64,000 nucleotides of DNA, taken from Phoronis australis (lineage: Eukaryota > Animalia > Phoronida). Below the pieces are notes generated by a model, which worked only from the letters and a program-made list of their open reading frames with translations, was not told the DNA's origin and ran no database searches. Below, one piece after another: positions 47,065 through 60,850 of this stretch. Where the stretch lies: NCBI GenBank assembly GCA_002633005.1, contig NMRA01000196.1, positions 207,632 through 271,631 of the forward strand. The letters run 5' to 3'. How positions within the stretch are numbered: the first letter of the stretch is position 1; every line of letters starts with the position of its first letter. Both the position numbers and the translations under genes were made by a program.

Positions 47065-49515
47065 CAGATGGTGTGAAAAATGAAAGATTATTCGAAGCGT
47101 GCCACAAGTCAGGTCTCGAATAAAGTTCTTGCGGTTAAAAATAGGGCCTGAGTAATATTTAAATTCTAACTTCAAATTTCTTTTGAGATTTTCGGTTCAA
47201 CTTATTTACGAACTTAAAAATGTGAATTTCATTATGTGCTTGTGGTTTACCTGTTTTTTGAATGTCTACACGTATCTCTCGCCGGTACCTGATCATGAAC
47301 CCAGCGCAAAAGCTGAGACCGAGTTTATACTCGATATCTAGAGTTTGAATCGGAGTTTGTAGCTCGAGTCCAGCTATCAGTCATGTGCCAATTCGAACAT
47401 GGAATACTAAAACTCATTTGTGTAAATCTTTAATTAATTACAAAGTGAAATATTGTTTACCCGGAAAGCGATTCGTTACGGTTATATCCAGGTAATAATA
47501 TTACACGAAATGTCAACTATTAATATGAAATAATGAAGATCAATAATACAAATGAATTACATTTAATGAACAATCACAAAACAAAGCAAAAAACAGAGAC
47601 ATAAATGTATTTATATGTACAATACACCAGTCGAATTACTTGATAAGTGATTTTAAGACATTGACTAGCTACCAAAGATAGATGTTCACATATAAATTAT
47701 GAACACTGTGAACTGAAAATTATGAAAAACTTGGTGACTGTTAAAGACAAACTCACTTTTAAGAGTTTGATATTAGATTGATAGAATAAATTATTTGATC
47801 CATATCAAAATGAAAACGCGCTCAGACAAAGGCATACATATACAAGTAATTACGTTTTGATATCAGTTACGGATTCCAGGTTAAGAAAGAAAATGGTTCG
47901 TTTATGCGTAATTTAAGCACGCGCATTAGGTTTGTACTATAACAGCCGGAACATTAAATGTGGAAAACACTTCGTGGTTCCGCACCGCGGGCCCTAAATT
48001 GCTCTCAATAATGTGAGGAATGGCTCGCGAAGTGGTCCCCGAAACTTTTGTACCTTCAAACTGACAAGATTTCACACTGGGTTGACTAGCGTTCCCCTTT
48101 CTTTATAGAGGTGGGATCCGATCCCAGGGTCATTGGTCCAAAAAGAGATTCCCATAGGCAATAGTCTGAGGGGCCGCCAGTCGGAAGGGATCATAGTCTG
48201 AAGGGCCGATATTCCCGAGTGACAACTCTTGGGTTCATTAACATTTCCCAACGTTGTGACTTTCTTGACTAGCGGTGGGTTCAAGCTTGTTATCTCTGAT
48301 AGAACAATTGTGTGGTGAAGAATGGATACGTAATCTTCCAGAACTAGATGGGATCATTGAATGCCAAAAATTTAAACTGTTGAATTCTGAATGCCAGTTT
48401 CTTCAAACATGATTTCCTTTTATATTTTTAAAATATTAACACTGTGTATGTACAACGTAATCAAAATACTCTACTGTATTACATCGATCACGACCGTTTG
48501 TTGAAATTAAATTTCATTGTTTCGCAATCGAATTAGGCATCCTGATTACTCTTTTTGAAAGTAATTAAGTTTGGGATTCCTCTCTATAAGAAAAAAAAAA
48601 TGAAAAACAAGGTCATAAAACAAAATCAAAATGCCACCGCGGTAAGAAAATCAATCCAAACTTCAAAGTTTGCCTCTGTGCTGTGAAATTTTATCTACAG
48701 GTAGTACTGTAATTCAAAAATTACAGTATTCCGCTCCTTTGTTATTTTGGACTTTTGACGCTTCGGAATAAAGGTCCTTCGTACTCACGACTCTTCAGAC
48801 TAACTGATTAAGTACCTATTGAAATAACAGAACAATAAATTGCCTGTTTCGTTTAGTCCGAAGGGACATTATACAAAGAAAATATTTTTTCTGAGCCTAC
48901 CAGCCCTTCGTAAGAATGGCCAGTCGATCTATCGACCTAAATCCCGTGAATAACTTGTGATCGTTTGCAAGATGGCAAACTGTTGTAACGGTCCAAAGAA
49001 AAAAGAATTGTGAGTTGAACAAGTGACGTGTTCTGACCAACCAGAAACTATGGAAATACGTTACACCTTGGAAAGTACACACTTGAGTTATTGGACTAAC
49101 TCAAGCATATTTTAAACGTTATTATCACAGGGTGGTTATTTTAAGGTTATGGATACCCTGTAATACGATGCTTACCTTTAACAATCTCCTTTCAAAATAA
49201 TTTTCTTTCAGTGATCAAAATTATCAAAAGCAATTTAGTGGTCACTTGCCTTTAAATGAAACACTCCAAATTTGGAAGGATTGGTCAAACCTCTAAGTTT
49301 GACTGATTTTCCATGTTTTTACGTGTCAACGATATGAATAGACTACTTGGGGATGGAGACCAGTTCGTGTTTAATAACAGATTACCATTTGTAGCCTCAC
49401 TACGGTTCATATCAAATACCCCACAGTTATGCGCTATCTTGTGAATGACACATAAGTCCAACAATGCGCAATCTGTGAAATACAACAATAGAAACAACCA
49501 TATCACAGTGTGTTG

Positions 49516-49521
49516 TATAAA
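49516..49521 (+). promoter_or_regulatory. TATA box of the serine protease gene
   Basis: TATAAA 57 nt upstream of the signal-peptide ATG. Confidence 0.5.
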
Positions 49522-49572
49522 GATTCTTCAATCGTAACGGTAGTCGTTCATCGTGGAGATTGCCGGGTAATC

Positions 49573-52500
49573 ATGGAGACAAAGAAAATATCTTTTGTTG
49601 GACTTCTCTGTATAATTATAGTTTGTTTAGGAAGAGTTCAAGGTGAGTTATTCTAGGACACTTAAAAGTCTGTTAATTAATGCACAAATTAGGAAAGACG
49701 CAGTTTTTTCTACGGTTTTCACTCTTTCGTCTTTCACTTTGAACTCTTCTAAATTTCGGTAACAGTTCGTTTCCAATGTTTTATCAAATTACTACCGTGA
49801 CATCTAATGTGTGGTTTTAATTTAATGTTGCAGATGATTATACATGTATGTACGTTATTTGTTCATGTATGGGCTGGGTTGCTTATTGGATAGAAACGCT
49901 AAACATCTAAGTAGCAACACTCATTATCCATCACCCTAGCGGCGCAATCCTGATAATAGCCATGTGACCGTCATTGCTTGGCAAAAATAACGTTCTAAAA
50001 CCAAATTTAATAGTACAATGGCTGCCATGAACTTGAAAAAACGCCATGCTTTTGTTGTCTTGTGAATAGATCGTTATTTCCCTGGACACGAACTGTTTTT
50101 GTACATGTACCGTGGAGGCAGATGTTTAACTTTTTGAATGTAATCACCCGCGTATAATTCGTCTATTTTGAATCCCAAACGGCTTCCATAATTTTTACTG
50201 TACATAACCTCTACCACGCCAGTCCATTCCACAACAATGGGTAAACACTGCTGCATGATGTACAAGCATTAGCTTTGCCTGAGATGGAAGTTCAGGTGGT
50301 GAAATCTTAATGGCGCAGTACATTGGAGTGTACTGTAGTTATTTCAAAATAACAACAGCTGCCGGTAACAACGAATAATATGAGTCAAACACGCCCAAAA
50401 CTGGATTTTAATGGCATGATGTAAACTCATCATGTTTTAAACGAGGCCATGCTTTCAAGATACTGTTGCAAACAGAGTCTTAAGACGTTTCGTCGACGAC
50501 ATGGTGTTCTGCCTTCTGTAAAAGATAATAATGGAGTCGCAAGTGATCCATTCGATCGCTCCATATTTCTTTCATTAAGTACATGACAAATTGCAGTGAT
50601 AGCTGGTAGAAATATAGGCAGTGGCAGTGAAGTCCATATATTTTCCCCAATGTCTGCTTTTGATTGACTTTGCTGATTCCACCGACAACACCCGATTGGT
50701 TCTCCATTTCTGGTACTGGCTTACGAACCAATCACGTGTCTTAGTCGGTTGACCTAGCGGAAACGGCAATGCCAACCAAGTTCAGTCAATTTTGTACAAA
50801 CATGTGTATGTGTAAATACAATTGCAGGGAAACCGGCTGAACGATCAATGGAACGTGCGAGGCGCATCGTAGGCGGTCACGTGGTGCCTGTTGACCATTT
50901 TCCATATCTAGTATCAATCCAATACAATGGACAAAATATTGCGGACACAGCGTCGTCGCAAAGGACGTTAGGTGCGTGGATGCACTTATGTGGCGGAGCA
51001 CTCATCGCACAGATGTGGATACTTACGGCTGCACACTGTTTTGAATTTTAAGTATTTGTTATAGAAGTCACTGATGTGTGGAAGAACGCGTATGATGTCA
51101 CAGTAACGATTGTTTTTTGTCCAGGGTCTTTCATCAACCTTAGTGGTAGCCCTTGTCGTTTCTCTCATACAGATGTGTACTAAGTTATTTTTTCCGCCCT
51201 TACCTGCTTCAATTTTTGTTATTGGCATCACTTGGGAGATAAGATTTTTGGTTTTTAAGAAAAATTTGGAATTGTGCAGTGCTTATTGTCATGGTCGTCA
51301 ACATTATCATCATCGTTGTTTTAGCTATTACCGTCGCCATGGACGTCTTCATTATTTTGAAAGTCATTTTCTGTTTCTATCACAATCGAAGCTATGACGA
51401 GAACATTCGGCTTTCAACAAGGCGATGGATCAAAACTGGTTGCTCAATTTTCTTAATGGTTTTTCATGCAGTTATCTTTTAACGTTTTAATATCATATTT
51501 TGGCATTTTAAATCGTAATTTGTAAGTTCCTCAGTAAAAATGTATTATGTCAGGTTATAAGATTACTACAGTTGTATATTTCAATTAACTTTTAGATGTT
51601 CACAATTGTTATTGCAGAGACGACAATCCAAACAATTACCAAGTAGTGTTCAAAGTCCAGAATTTGATCAACAATTTGCGCTCTCCATCCACACCTATTC
51701 AACGATTTGTGAAGGTATGGACGTCGATCTATGTCCACGGGCAATGTTGCCTCCCAAGTTTCATATGACCTGATACGCTGTAGGATCGATCTATAATATT
51801 TTAATTTGTTTACATGACAATTGTTTTTTTTTGCCTCTCATTAGATTAAATGGTATTATTTATATATGTTTCTCCCTTCGTGGTCATGAGTTATTGTTTC
51901 TGTACCACGTAGAAGAGATCTTGGCGAATTCCGACATCTAGGGTCCTCGCAACAAGAATGGAAAGTAATATTCCACAAGAGGTTAGCGAACATTAGGGTA
52001 CATCGGAAGTTATCGTATCGCGCTTGGACCTATCAGACGAGAAAAGTATCAGTGCACGTGTAATGAAGTGTAATACATATATATGCACGCATATATATAA
52101 ATTCAATCACAACCGTGGGTATTGTATCTGACGTTTTTAAAAGCAGCTAGTCTTCTTCAAGATCAAACCGAGAATCTGTAGTGAAGAAATTGGCGATACA
52201 AATTTAAAAATAAACTAAATCCTATTGAAGTGACTTGTTTGCTTTTCATGCAGCACGAGGAATATAACTTCACAAGACCTGGTTTTCCCAACGACATTGC
52301 TCTAGTGAAAATAAGACCTGGAATCAAACACTTGGACCCAATTGATCTGCCAACTGCGAGAAATGTCAGACGGAGAGAACAGGCTTGTTTTACACTGGGC
52401 TGGGGCGATACAGTTGGTAAGTCAGATGTAAGCGTTATGCAAAATTGTGTGTGCACAATGTTATGCCTTTTGGAGGAAAGGCATGGTCGTGACGAAAAGG

Positions 52501-55500
52501 TGGAAGTAGTATTCTAGCAAGCCTGCAGCCAATGTAAGTCAACACCAAAAGGAAACTTGTTTAAGCCTGGTACTGATTTAGACTGGACTCAATTGGTTCC
52601 TTGCGTAGAATAAAAGTGATTTTTGCCGGAGCTTCAAGATAAATTGTCAAAGACTCATTGCTTGAGACCACGCTCAGTAGACGCCGAGATCAAAGTCCTC
52701 GAGCATGGTCTCAAACAATAAACTGACGAACTGGTGAACCTTTCGAGGCCCAGACTCATTTCGCATTCGAGTAATGATCAACAGCATTATAGAGGCAAGG
52801 TATCCAAATCAGACGTTTCTTTCTCTGAAGGTAGGCGAATTCGCTTGAAGCTGGTGACGCGTGCTACAGAGATATTTCGATAGTTCCCCATAGACGTTGT
52901 AGTATATTGTCACGCACTCAGTTCAGTGGGTACAATTCTGTTGGTCTTTAGGCTATCTCTTGCACTGAATCTCCTGGACGGAGAATAATACATGTATGTA
53001 AAGCCAAGATGCTTCACAAATATTCTAAAATGCACGAAATCGAAAAATTTGATGACCACTGGCGTTGCCAGAATTTTCAACAATGGGGGTAAACGCGCAT
53101 CTGATCGTGACCTGGGTCAAACCTAAAACTGAAACTGGTGTCGATTGTTTGAACCCAGTTGTTTGCTTTTAACTGAATGTGCATGACCATCTTCATTTGT
53201 CTACGCCAGCTGATGAGTGTACAAGAACGTGCTCGTAAGACACAGGTCAATGTTTGAAGCAGGTGTTTATGGTTTGCGCACGCCCGACGCAATGAGATTT
53301 TTTGGACTAGTAATGGGCGTCATCCAAAATCTATTTGCACAAGTTAAAGAAGGGAACATCAAAATATCCATGCTACATGCAGCTGTATTCAAGTATATGT
53401 ATATAATGCATCTATGCTTGGAACTTCCAAACCGTCTTCCATTTACTTTTAGGCAGTGGTTTACAGAAGGACATGGGAAGGTTGACAGCTACAGGAATAC
53501 GGTTGATAAGCAATGACCGGTGCATTGGCATGTGGGCGAATGAAAGACGGGCTAGAGTGACGTCACGGCAGCTGTGCGGTCAACCAGGGCGTCATGCTGC
53601 ATGCGACGTAAGTGTCTAAATGCCTTTCTTGCACTGCCAAAGAGATCACAAAGAAAGCATGCGCATTGTAAGCAAGATGATAATAGGTATGGCTGCCTTT
53701 CTATCCACAATGGCCACAAATTAGGCTTAGCAGAGAGAGGTATTCCTCTTTGATTCTTGCCGTCAATGAATCGTTGTAATAGTCGCTACTACGTTTCAAA
53801 TTTTGTTTCACTTTTTTCTTGAAGTTGCAATTACGTCGTCGAATTTTGACCTTGGTCTCTGCTCACTGCGCATGCCTGGACGTCACCACTGTGAAATGTG
53901 CACGTAACCGAACTTGAAAGTCGTTCAAGCCTTTTTATTTCATCCGCATATTGACGACACATTTGATGTAAAATAACCTTAGAATATAAACCACCATGTG
54001 AATGCAATCCCGCATATCAAGGCATCGCAGTTTTAATCATTACTCCAATGCACAAAAAGTGTGTTTTGAAACACGCTTATTTGATATTCATTAATTTATG
54101 AACGGTTATGACGTACGCATATAGTAGAGTTTAGCTTCTGCAATGGATTTCCCTCCAAATTCTACCCTCGTGTTTTTAACGGAATTGGAAGGCAATGAAA
54201 TATTTTTTCGCAGTCATAAAACCATACAGGCGTATGTTTGGAAGATAAATATAGATTATTACATAGCGAAGTCGTTATCCCCCGTATTCTAGAGCCCGAG
54301 TGGATTTTGGAGAATTATCGCCAGATGGGCGTCAGCCCCGAGGGCTATAATTCTCCAAAATACGAGAGGGCGCTAGATAAGGGGATAACGAGTGAGAGCA
54401 TGAAATAATCTATTTATGCCACACACTGAACGAGAAGCATTGCAATTAATCTGTCTACCTTTTCTCGACTCGCCTCGACTTTGTAACTACATTCCTTGTC
54501 AGAGTCCCGGTGTCAGAGGTCGTGACCTTTTCAGAAATGCCGAGCTATTTTTATCAAATAATGCTTTTACTCAAAACCAATTGAACATTTAAACAAAATA
54601 AAAATAGAGTGAATCTATAAATTAAGGTATAGCAACTAAGATAGCTTAATTACTACACATTTTATCACGCTAAGCTGCGAGCGGGAAAACATCGTCTGCT
54701 AAAGTAGGTTACCACTGGTTACTGAGTATAATGCTCAAGCCAAACGATCCTGACGACACGATATCCGCATTCAAATTGGAGATCGGTGATTTACAAGTGA
54801 GAGAACATGAGGGAAAAATTTTACTGAATTAAGTTATCGTTTTTATGGAAATTAGGCGTCTTATTTTTCATAGCGTATAAGTACAGTACAATGCGGTTTG
54901 TTGAACGTGCGATTATTGCGCGTGCTCATTTAAGTATTCTATTTTCAAATTCGATGACGTCAGCTTGTGAGTGGTGTAGTGGCAAAGTCGGCGACTCGAA
55001 ACTTTTGTGGACCGGGTTCGAAACGGGGCCTCGGTTACCGCCAAACTGTATAACTAAATATGTTATTACACGGTTGTATTGGCCATTCGAGTCTAATATT
55101 GTGATATAAAGGAACTAGAAGAAATAAAACTCAATATTATTGTTAAAAGCAGAAAAACAATGTAGTCGCTTGGCATTGTTATTGGCCCCGATACTACAAA
55201 ACCAGTGTGTGAATATGCTGCATGTGGTGTAAATATGCAGGCACCTCAAACTGAATATTACTGTATGATAACATGCGCTACTATTGGCTTACGATGTACA
55301 GTACACCATGGGTACTATAAAATCATACTCACGAGCATCGCATTTTACGCACGAACCACCTACAAACCTACGAATCATGCACACGAACCCATGAATCATG
55401 CATACGAACTCGAAACTCATGCGTACCATAAAAAACCACGCGCACGAACCACAAAAGCACGCATACGAACACATATAATACGCACAAACTTTCGAATCGC

Positions 55501-56241
55501 ATGCGCGGACCACCTGGTTATCAGCTAGTGCTTGTGGGTGATTCGATGTTCGTGTGTATGTTTTTGTGTTCGTATGCCTGTATCATTCTTGTGGTTAGTG
55601 TGCATTATTTTGTCCGTGTGCTTGATATTTGGGTTCGTATGCATGATTCATGGGTTCGTACATGTATGCATGATTCATAGGTTCGTAGGTGGTTCGTGCG
55701 TAAAATGCGATGCTCTTGCGTACATGTATTTATTGTACCCCATGTACTGTATATACATAGGCGGATTTAGAGGGGGGGGGGTGCAGGAGGCCCGCCCCCC
55801 TTGGCTACCGATTGATTTTATTTGGACATAAGGTTCACATCCCCAGCACTTTTTAGACCGGTTGTGCACGTGATGCGGTGGCGCTGTGCCCAATTCCTCG
55901 AGGCAACATTTTGGGCCCCCCTTATGGTATCCTAGATCCGCTACTGATTTGCAACGTGTTGTCGTACGGAACTAACTGAATTATCAGCAACAGCGATGGT
56001 AGAAAATTGTCTATAATTACTTCTGTTGTTGTTTCAGGGTGACTCTGGAGGGCCGCTTGTGTGCATTCACAACGGAAAAGTGCGTGCAAGCGGCATCGTT
56101 TCTTGGGGACAGGAAGGCTGCAGCGACCCCAGTCGGCCAGACGTGTTCACAAACGTCAGAAGTTACATTTCTTGGATTCGGAGTATCGTGAATGAATTCG
56201 AGGAAAAAGGCATCCGTAACAAAAGTCGACTTTTAGTCTGA
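49573..56241 (+). CDS. Secreted S1A (chymotrypsin-fold) serine protease; 6 exons, ~302 aa; intron-2 donor non-canonical, so possibly a null allele
   Basis: Exons 49573-49642 (signal peptide METKKISFVGLLCIIIVCLGRVQG), 50828-51047 (RARR|IVGG, HLCGG, WILTAAHC), 51618-51714, 52254-52416 (NDIALVK, TLGWG), 53453-53607 and 56038-56241 (GDSGGPLVC, GIVSWG). The catalytic H/D/S triad is intact. Phases fit only if intron 2 starts at TTAAGT (51048). Confidence 0.88.
54251..55109 (+). mobile_element. Crypton-like non-autonomous repeat with terminal hairpin and tRNA-like segment (copy 2)
   Basis: Hairpin ATAGATTATT...AATAATCTAT (54251-54413), end GTGATATAA, homology to 16073-16810. A box at 54972-54982, B box at 55015-55024. 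Confidence 0.7.
55297..55751. mobile_element. Foldback MITE with TA target (Tc1/mariner-like)
   Basis: TA|CAGTAC...GTACTG|TA termini. Long arms contain ~20-bp subrepeats (ACGAACCCATGAATCATGCA). Confidence 0.8.
55756..55946. mobile_element. GC-rich MITE (CATAGGCGGA...TCCGCTACTG)
   Basis: Termini and G/C runs resemble 23020-23172. Confidence 0.6.
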
Positions 56242-58022
56242 CTCCTGTAATTTGCAGTAAATATATCTGCTATTGTGTGGATACAAATCGATTCGCACGA
56301 TGCAGTACGATTCACAATGGTATTTCTCAGTAGACCTAAAGTTGTGATTTCTCATTTCACTCCATTGACAAGTTGTTATTTAGTCTCATATTGCTTGTGT
56401 ACCTCAAATAATCAACTGTTGCTGGCGACACCTCATCTCGAACGCACCTATCCGTAATAGGTCGTGGGCCGTAGCTCTAGTTGTCGTGTGGTCATGTCAG
56501 GCACGGTCAGTTCATTTACCTTGCATGGGTGGATATAATTTCAAGCAGCTGATATTGGAAAAGTCCTCGCATTTTAAGTTGGTACACTTTTTTAAGCTCC
56601 CCTGAATAGGATTATTAGCCCATCACAAGGTCATAAATTAAGAAGGTTTACAAGGTCATTTTCATTTTAACATACATATAATTAATGATGAAAAAATGGT
56701 AATTGTAATGGGACATTTTCAGCTTAAACTTGGGCGTGTTACTTGCAACTGTTTCAACAGCACTGATTTTCTTTGAGTTACATAGTTTGCATCAAACTTT
56801 CTGCTGTTCACTCAATGGTCTTGATTGCTATATTTCTAAATTTTGTTCACTTTTGATTGTTAGAAAAACATGTGATCACGATCCGTCAGTATATAATAGT
56901 CATTTTCATCCATTGCGCACACTGTTAATTTTTGTCATAATGTGAAGCATACTTCGTCCAGAAACATCTCCAGCAAGAAAGGTTTAATCGGTTTTTGAAG
57001 ACCATGTCCATTCATTTGTTTACTGGATTTGGTTAAATGGTCAGTACCACAGCCAATCAACAAATTGTGTACATGTAAATAACAAAATCGCCAAACTTGC
57101 AACATGCTACCTTAAAGTCACTGACACAGCAAATCACATCACTTAGACTTCAGCTTTGAGAGTTATGCAAATACTTTTTCTGTTTTATTCAGAAATGCTT
57201 TTGTTATCCTTATCCAGTTTTCGGTACTTATGTATTTTCCTCATCCACAGTTCCCCTTCTTAGTATTCGCTCTCTTGACTCTCAGATGCACGCTCCCGTT
57301 TTGCTCAATTCCCAATTTCCCCCCTCCCCAAGGCTGGAATCGTCTTTTACCTCCAATTACTAAATTACTTTCCCACCCACTAGAGGTACAGCGGTGCATG
57401 CCTCCTGTTTGTTGCTAAAAAGCTATGTCCCCGCCCCCATATTGCATTTATCTCGTTTATTGAAAATTTCCCCCTCGTTGTCGTTCAATCCAATTCGCAA
57501 ATAATGTATCTGGCCACATTCACCAGGGGCACAGCAAAAAGTTCAGCAGAAAACAAATTGACAGGTAGAGGGATAACCGGGCTTGGGGAACATTGGTTTC
57601 GTAGGACACAAGGCTGAGGGGAAATGGTGATAGAGGAACAGCGAAATGGGTATCATCAGGAGGGAGAAGCGTCATCCTGAGAAGCAGTTGGATTGCAGAA
57701 TTGAAACGCTGGGGATTTAGGGACAATGCATGCTGTCACTTTGGAAACTCAATCAGAGATAAGCCTGAATGTCCAGCTATATATGGCAGGCGAGAAAAGA
57801 ATGAAAACTCACCCGGCTGTTGAACAACATCTGAGAAACTACCTCAACATTACTGGAAACACCTCCATGTCATTCCCAAATGGTCATTCGAGGAGGTTAC
57901 AGCACCTCTCACGTGCACTCAGAAGATTGGAACTTTACAAGTTCTTTTAAGCTATCTTTGATCCGCATAACCATCCCCCTTGTTGGCCATTGTTACTGCA
58001 CACCAAACATTTGATGAAGTCA

Positions 58023-58878
58023 AAACCCTCTCGACCCCCACACCCCACGACTCCATCGACCCACGACACCCTCGACCCACAACCCCCACGACACACGATC
58101 TGTGGCAATAGATTATCTTTGCGCTTAGTTTTACACATTTCATAATCACATTTAATACGTAGCAGAATGACTTTCCCGTAAGACTTACCTGTACGTAAAT
58201 CTGCTCTGGCTCAAGTCTGGTGGTTAAAAACAGAATGTGATGTTAGAACTTTGTCTGAAATAGCGAATGGTAGCGTGCTAACGTTGTCACGGAAATGGTT
58301 CCATGAGCGGCTACCAATAGCGCTGTTCTACTGAACCTAGGGAAATAGTACGTTAACGTAAATTGTCATGGTTTCACATTATTATTGTTTGCTTTCTCTT
58401 GTATACTCGTTTACAATATACTCCATGTAAGATTGAGATATTTTTTTGATTAATAGTTTGTTTTTTCGAACTGTCTATTTAATTTACTGAATGAATTAGC
58501 CTAGTACACATTCGTCGCTTCCGCGCACTATCCCAAAAAGCTTGTATCTGCCATTCTCTGAAGACGATTACACTGTGCTGGGAATGACATTTGTAACGTT
58601 GGTAGGTCTTTGATTTAATTTGGTGGCGTTGTTTTTTTTTCGTTTTTTGGTTTTAAACTTTCCGAAACGACTCTCCCTAAAATGCAAAAAAAAAAACAAG
58701 GAAAAGGCAGTCGAGCTCACGGCCCGACTCGTTGGTCCTGCAAGTCAGCGCTTGTTTTATGTTCATATCGAGTCGAGTTTGCGTAAACTGGGGTCGAAAG
58801 GGTTGTGGGCCGTGGGTTGAAGGGGTCGTGGGACGTGGGTCGAGGAGGTCGTGGGTCGAGGGGGTTTTAGAACAATCC
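58023..58878. mobile_element. MULE-like non-autonomous element with subterminal CGACCC repeats
   Basis: AAACCCTCTCGACCCC...(CGACCCAC)n faces (GTGGGTCG)n...GGGGTTTTAGAACAATCC. Flanking direct repeat TGAAGTCA at 58015-58022 and 58879-58886; the left tip is deleted. Confidence 0.6.
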
Positions 58879-58926
58879 TGAAGTCACCTCGTCGATAAAC
58901 TGAACTACATGTATTTGATAACCAAC

Positions 58927-59360
58927 TAGACAGTAACACCGTCTCAAACCCGCAGTTAAGACAGTGGCCATTCCCGCCGGAAGCGAATTATGCCTCACAC
59001 TGATTAAAACAACAATGTCATGTTTCTACATGTATAATTATACACCTTTTGCCCTTAGGCGGCTGTTGATGTCTTTAATTCATGATTCCACCTCGAACAA
59101 ATACACCGTAATAAAACTTGTTTTCAGACAGTCGTTCGTTCCGAGTTTCCCAAACGGCAACTGAACACGTTAACGCGGTTGGCGCCAGGATATGACGTCA
59201 TATCCCGTGGCATCTACGGCCTCCTAAGGTGTCCCTGTATGCGCAAGAATGTACTTACATGTATATAGCAACATGGTTTAATCGGCGTGAGGCATAATGC
59301 GCCGTTTGGAGGGCCTATGGGATGGCCACTGTCTCTGCTGCATGACGGTGGTACAGTCTA
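58927..59360. mobile_element. TIR MITE with TAG...CTA termini (Academ-like)
   Basis: About 80-bp imperfect TIRs: TAGACAGTAACACCGTC...AGACAGTGGCCAT...ATTATGCCTCAC and GTGAGGCATAAT...ATGGCCACTGTCT...GACGGTGGTACAGTCTA. Confidence 0.65.
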
Positions 59361-59629
59361 ATGAATAACCGTTTCTCAACACTTGTAATGTAAGCTTTTT
59401 CAGTAAATAAATCTAAAGACCTGTACAAAATATGTTGTCTCGCCAGATCTCGCCTAGTCTTTTATTTGTTTTGTCGATATTACAACGGGAATTTACGAAA
59501 ATATGTGCATGGGCGGATAACTGAAAAAAGCAAAATGTAAAAAGAGATGGTATATTTTCGGAAACTGTGTCAAACATTTTGTGATCCAGTTTAAAGCAAA
59601 GTCCTTTTAATGCGCTCATATATTTACAT

Positions 59630-60500
59630 GTGTGCCTATTATCCCGTCATCTCACAGTATCACTCCGTCAGTCTGTCCACCCGTCCGTACGGCGTCACTT
59701 GCTCTATCTCCGAAACCCTTCAATGCATGTTGTTTACATTTTGAATGTAAGTTTCTTTCATGGATAGCACGGCATCACCGAGTTTTCGGACGAATCGGAC
59801 TACCGGTGTGCACCCTAGTGGCAATTTCATTTTTTACGTTTACCGTTGTATCTTCAGTGGTCCTTAACAGATTTTCATGAAATTTAGCAAATAAGTGTCT
59901 ATTAGAGAGTTGACGCTGCCTCCCTGTTTTCAGATAGATTTGACGTTTTTGAGCCATCTAGTCGCCGTTTTTACTGTTTTTTACTCTATCCACAAAACCA
60001 TTCTAAGGGCAATTGTGAAAATTGGCATGTAGTATGTTCTTACCTGCAAAGAGGACGGACGATTATGATTTTCGAATGATTTCGTCTACTGTGATGCCTC
60101 CTAGTGGCAGTTTTGTTTTTTTGAGCCCGTGGCTGCATCTTCTAAACCGTCTGCAGGACTTTATTAAAATATCATGGCAGGTGTGTTCCTATGCAGCTGA
60201 ACTCAAATGACGACGAGTGACGGACCGATCCGGAATACCGATGTGCCCCCTACTGGCAATTTTATTTTTTCTTCGTTTGCCTCATTATCTTCGGAGTTCC
60301 TTATTGAATTCTCTTAAGATTAGGCAAATAGGTTTTTAATAAAAGGAGACAATGATGCAATCCCATTTTCGGACGGATTCGACAGATTTCACGCCACCTT
60401 GTGGTCATTTTTGTGATTCTTGCTTCCGTTCTCTGGCGTCCACGTCTCTATCTGCCATACCGCTCAGATGCGTTCCTGCTGAGAGCCACGACTGATTTTG
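59630..60500 (+). mobile_element. Helentron-associated (HINE/DINE-like) non-autonomous element
   Basis: 5' CCGT/CTGT tetramer tract, then degenerate ~150-bp tandem units (TATCT...AAATTT.GCA...TTTTCGGACG.ATCGG...CCCTAGTGGC), then a 3' GCTC...GAGC hairpin before a T-run. Confidence 0.55.
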
Positions 60501-60579
60501 ACTCATTTTGAGCTTCTATTGAACAAAACAGTAGCCTATTTCTTTCCGATTTCTGACATCTTCGCTAGTCATTTGAATG

Positions 60580-60850
60580 CCATAATGTTGTTCATAATCG
60601 CCACTATAATAATCATCATCGTCGTCGTCCTCTCCAGCGTCGTCGTCCTCTCCATCGCCGTCGTCCTTTCCATCGTCGTCTTTCAGTTAATTTCGCCAAG
60701 TGTCGCTAAAGACTAGCCTATTACTGATTTCCTACATCTACCGTTAGTCATATGAATGTCATGGTGTTATTCATACTCGCCACCTTTATCACCAAAACCA
60801 TCATCGTCGTCATCATCTCCACCGTCGTCTTTTTGTTCCTCCGAGCCCTC
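60580..60850 (+). repeat. Low-complexity (GTC/ATC)n tract in two diverged copies
   Basis: TGTT.TTCATA.TCGCCAC...CATCATCGTCGTC occurs twice. Confidence 0.6.

Noticed and set aside
53205-53260. Hammerhead ribozyme (CTGATGAG...stem)
   Set aside because: The required GAAA reads GTAA and no closing stem I was found.
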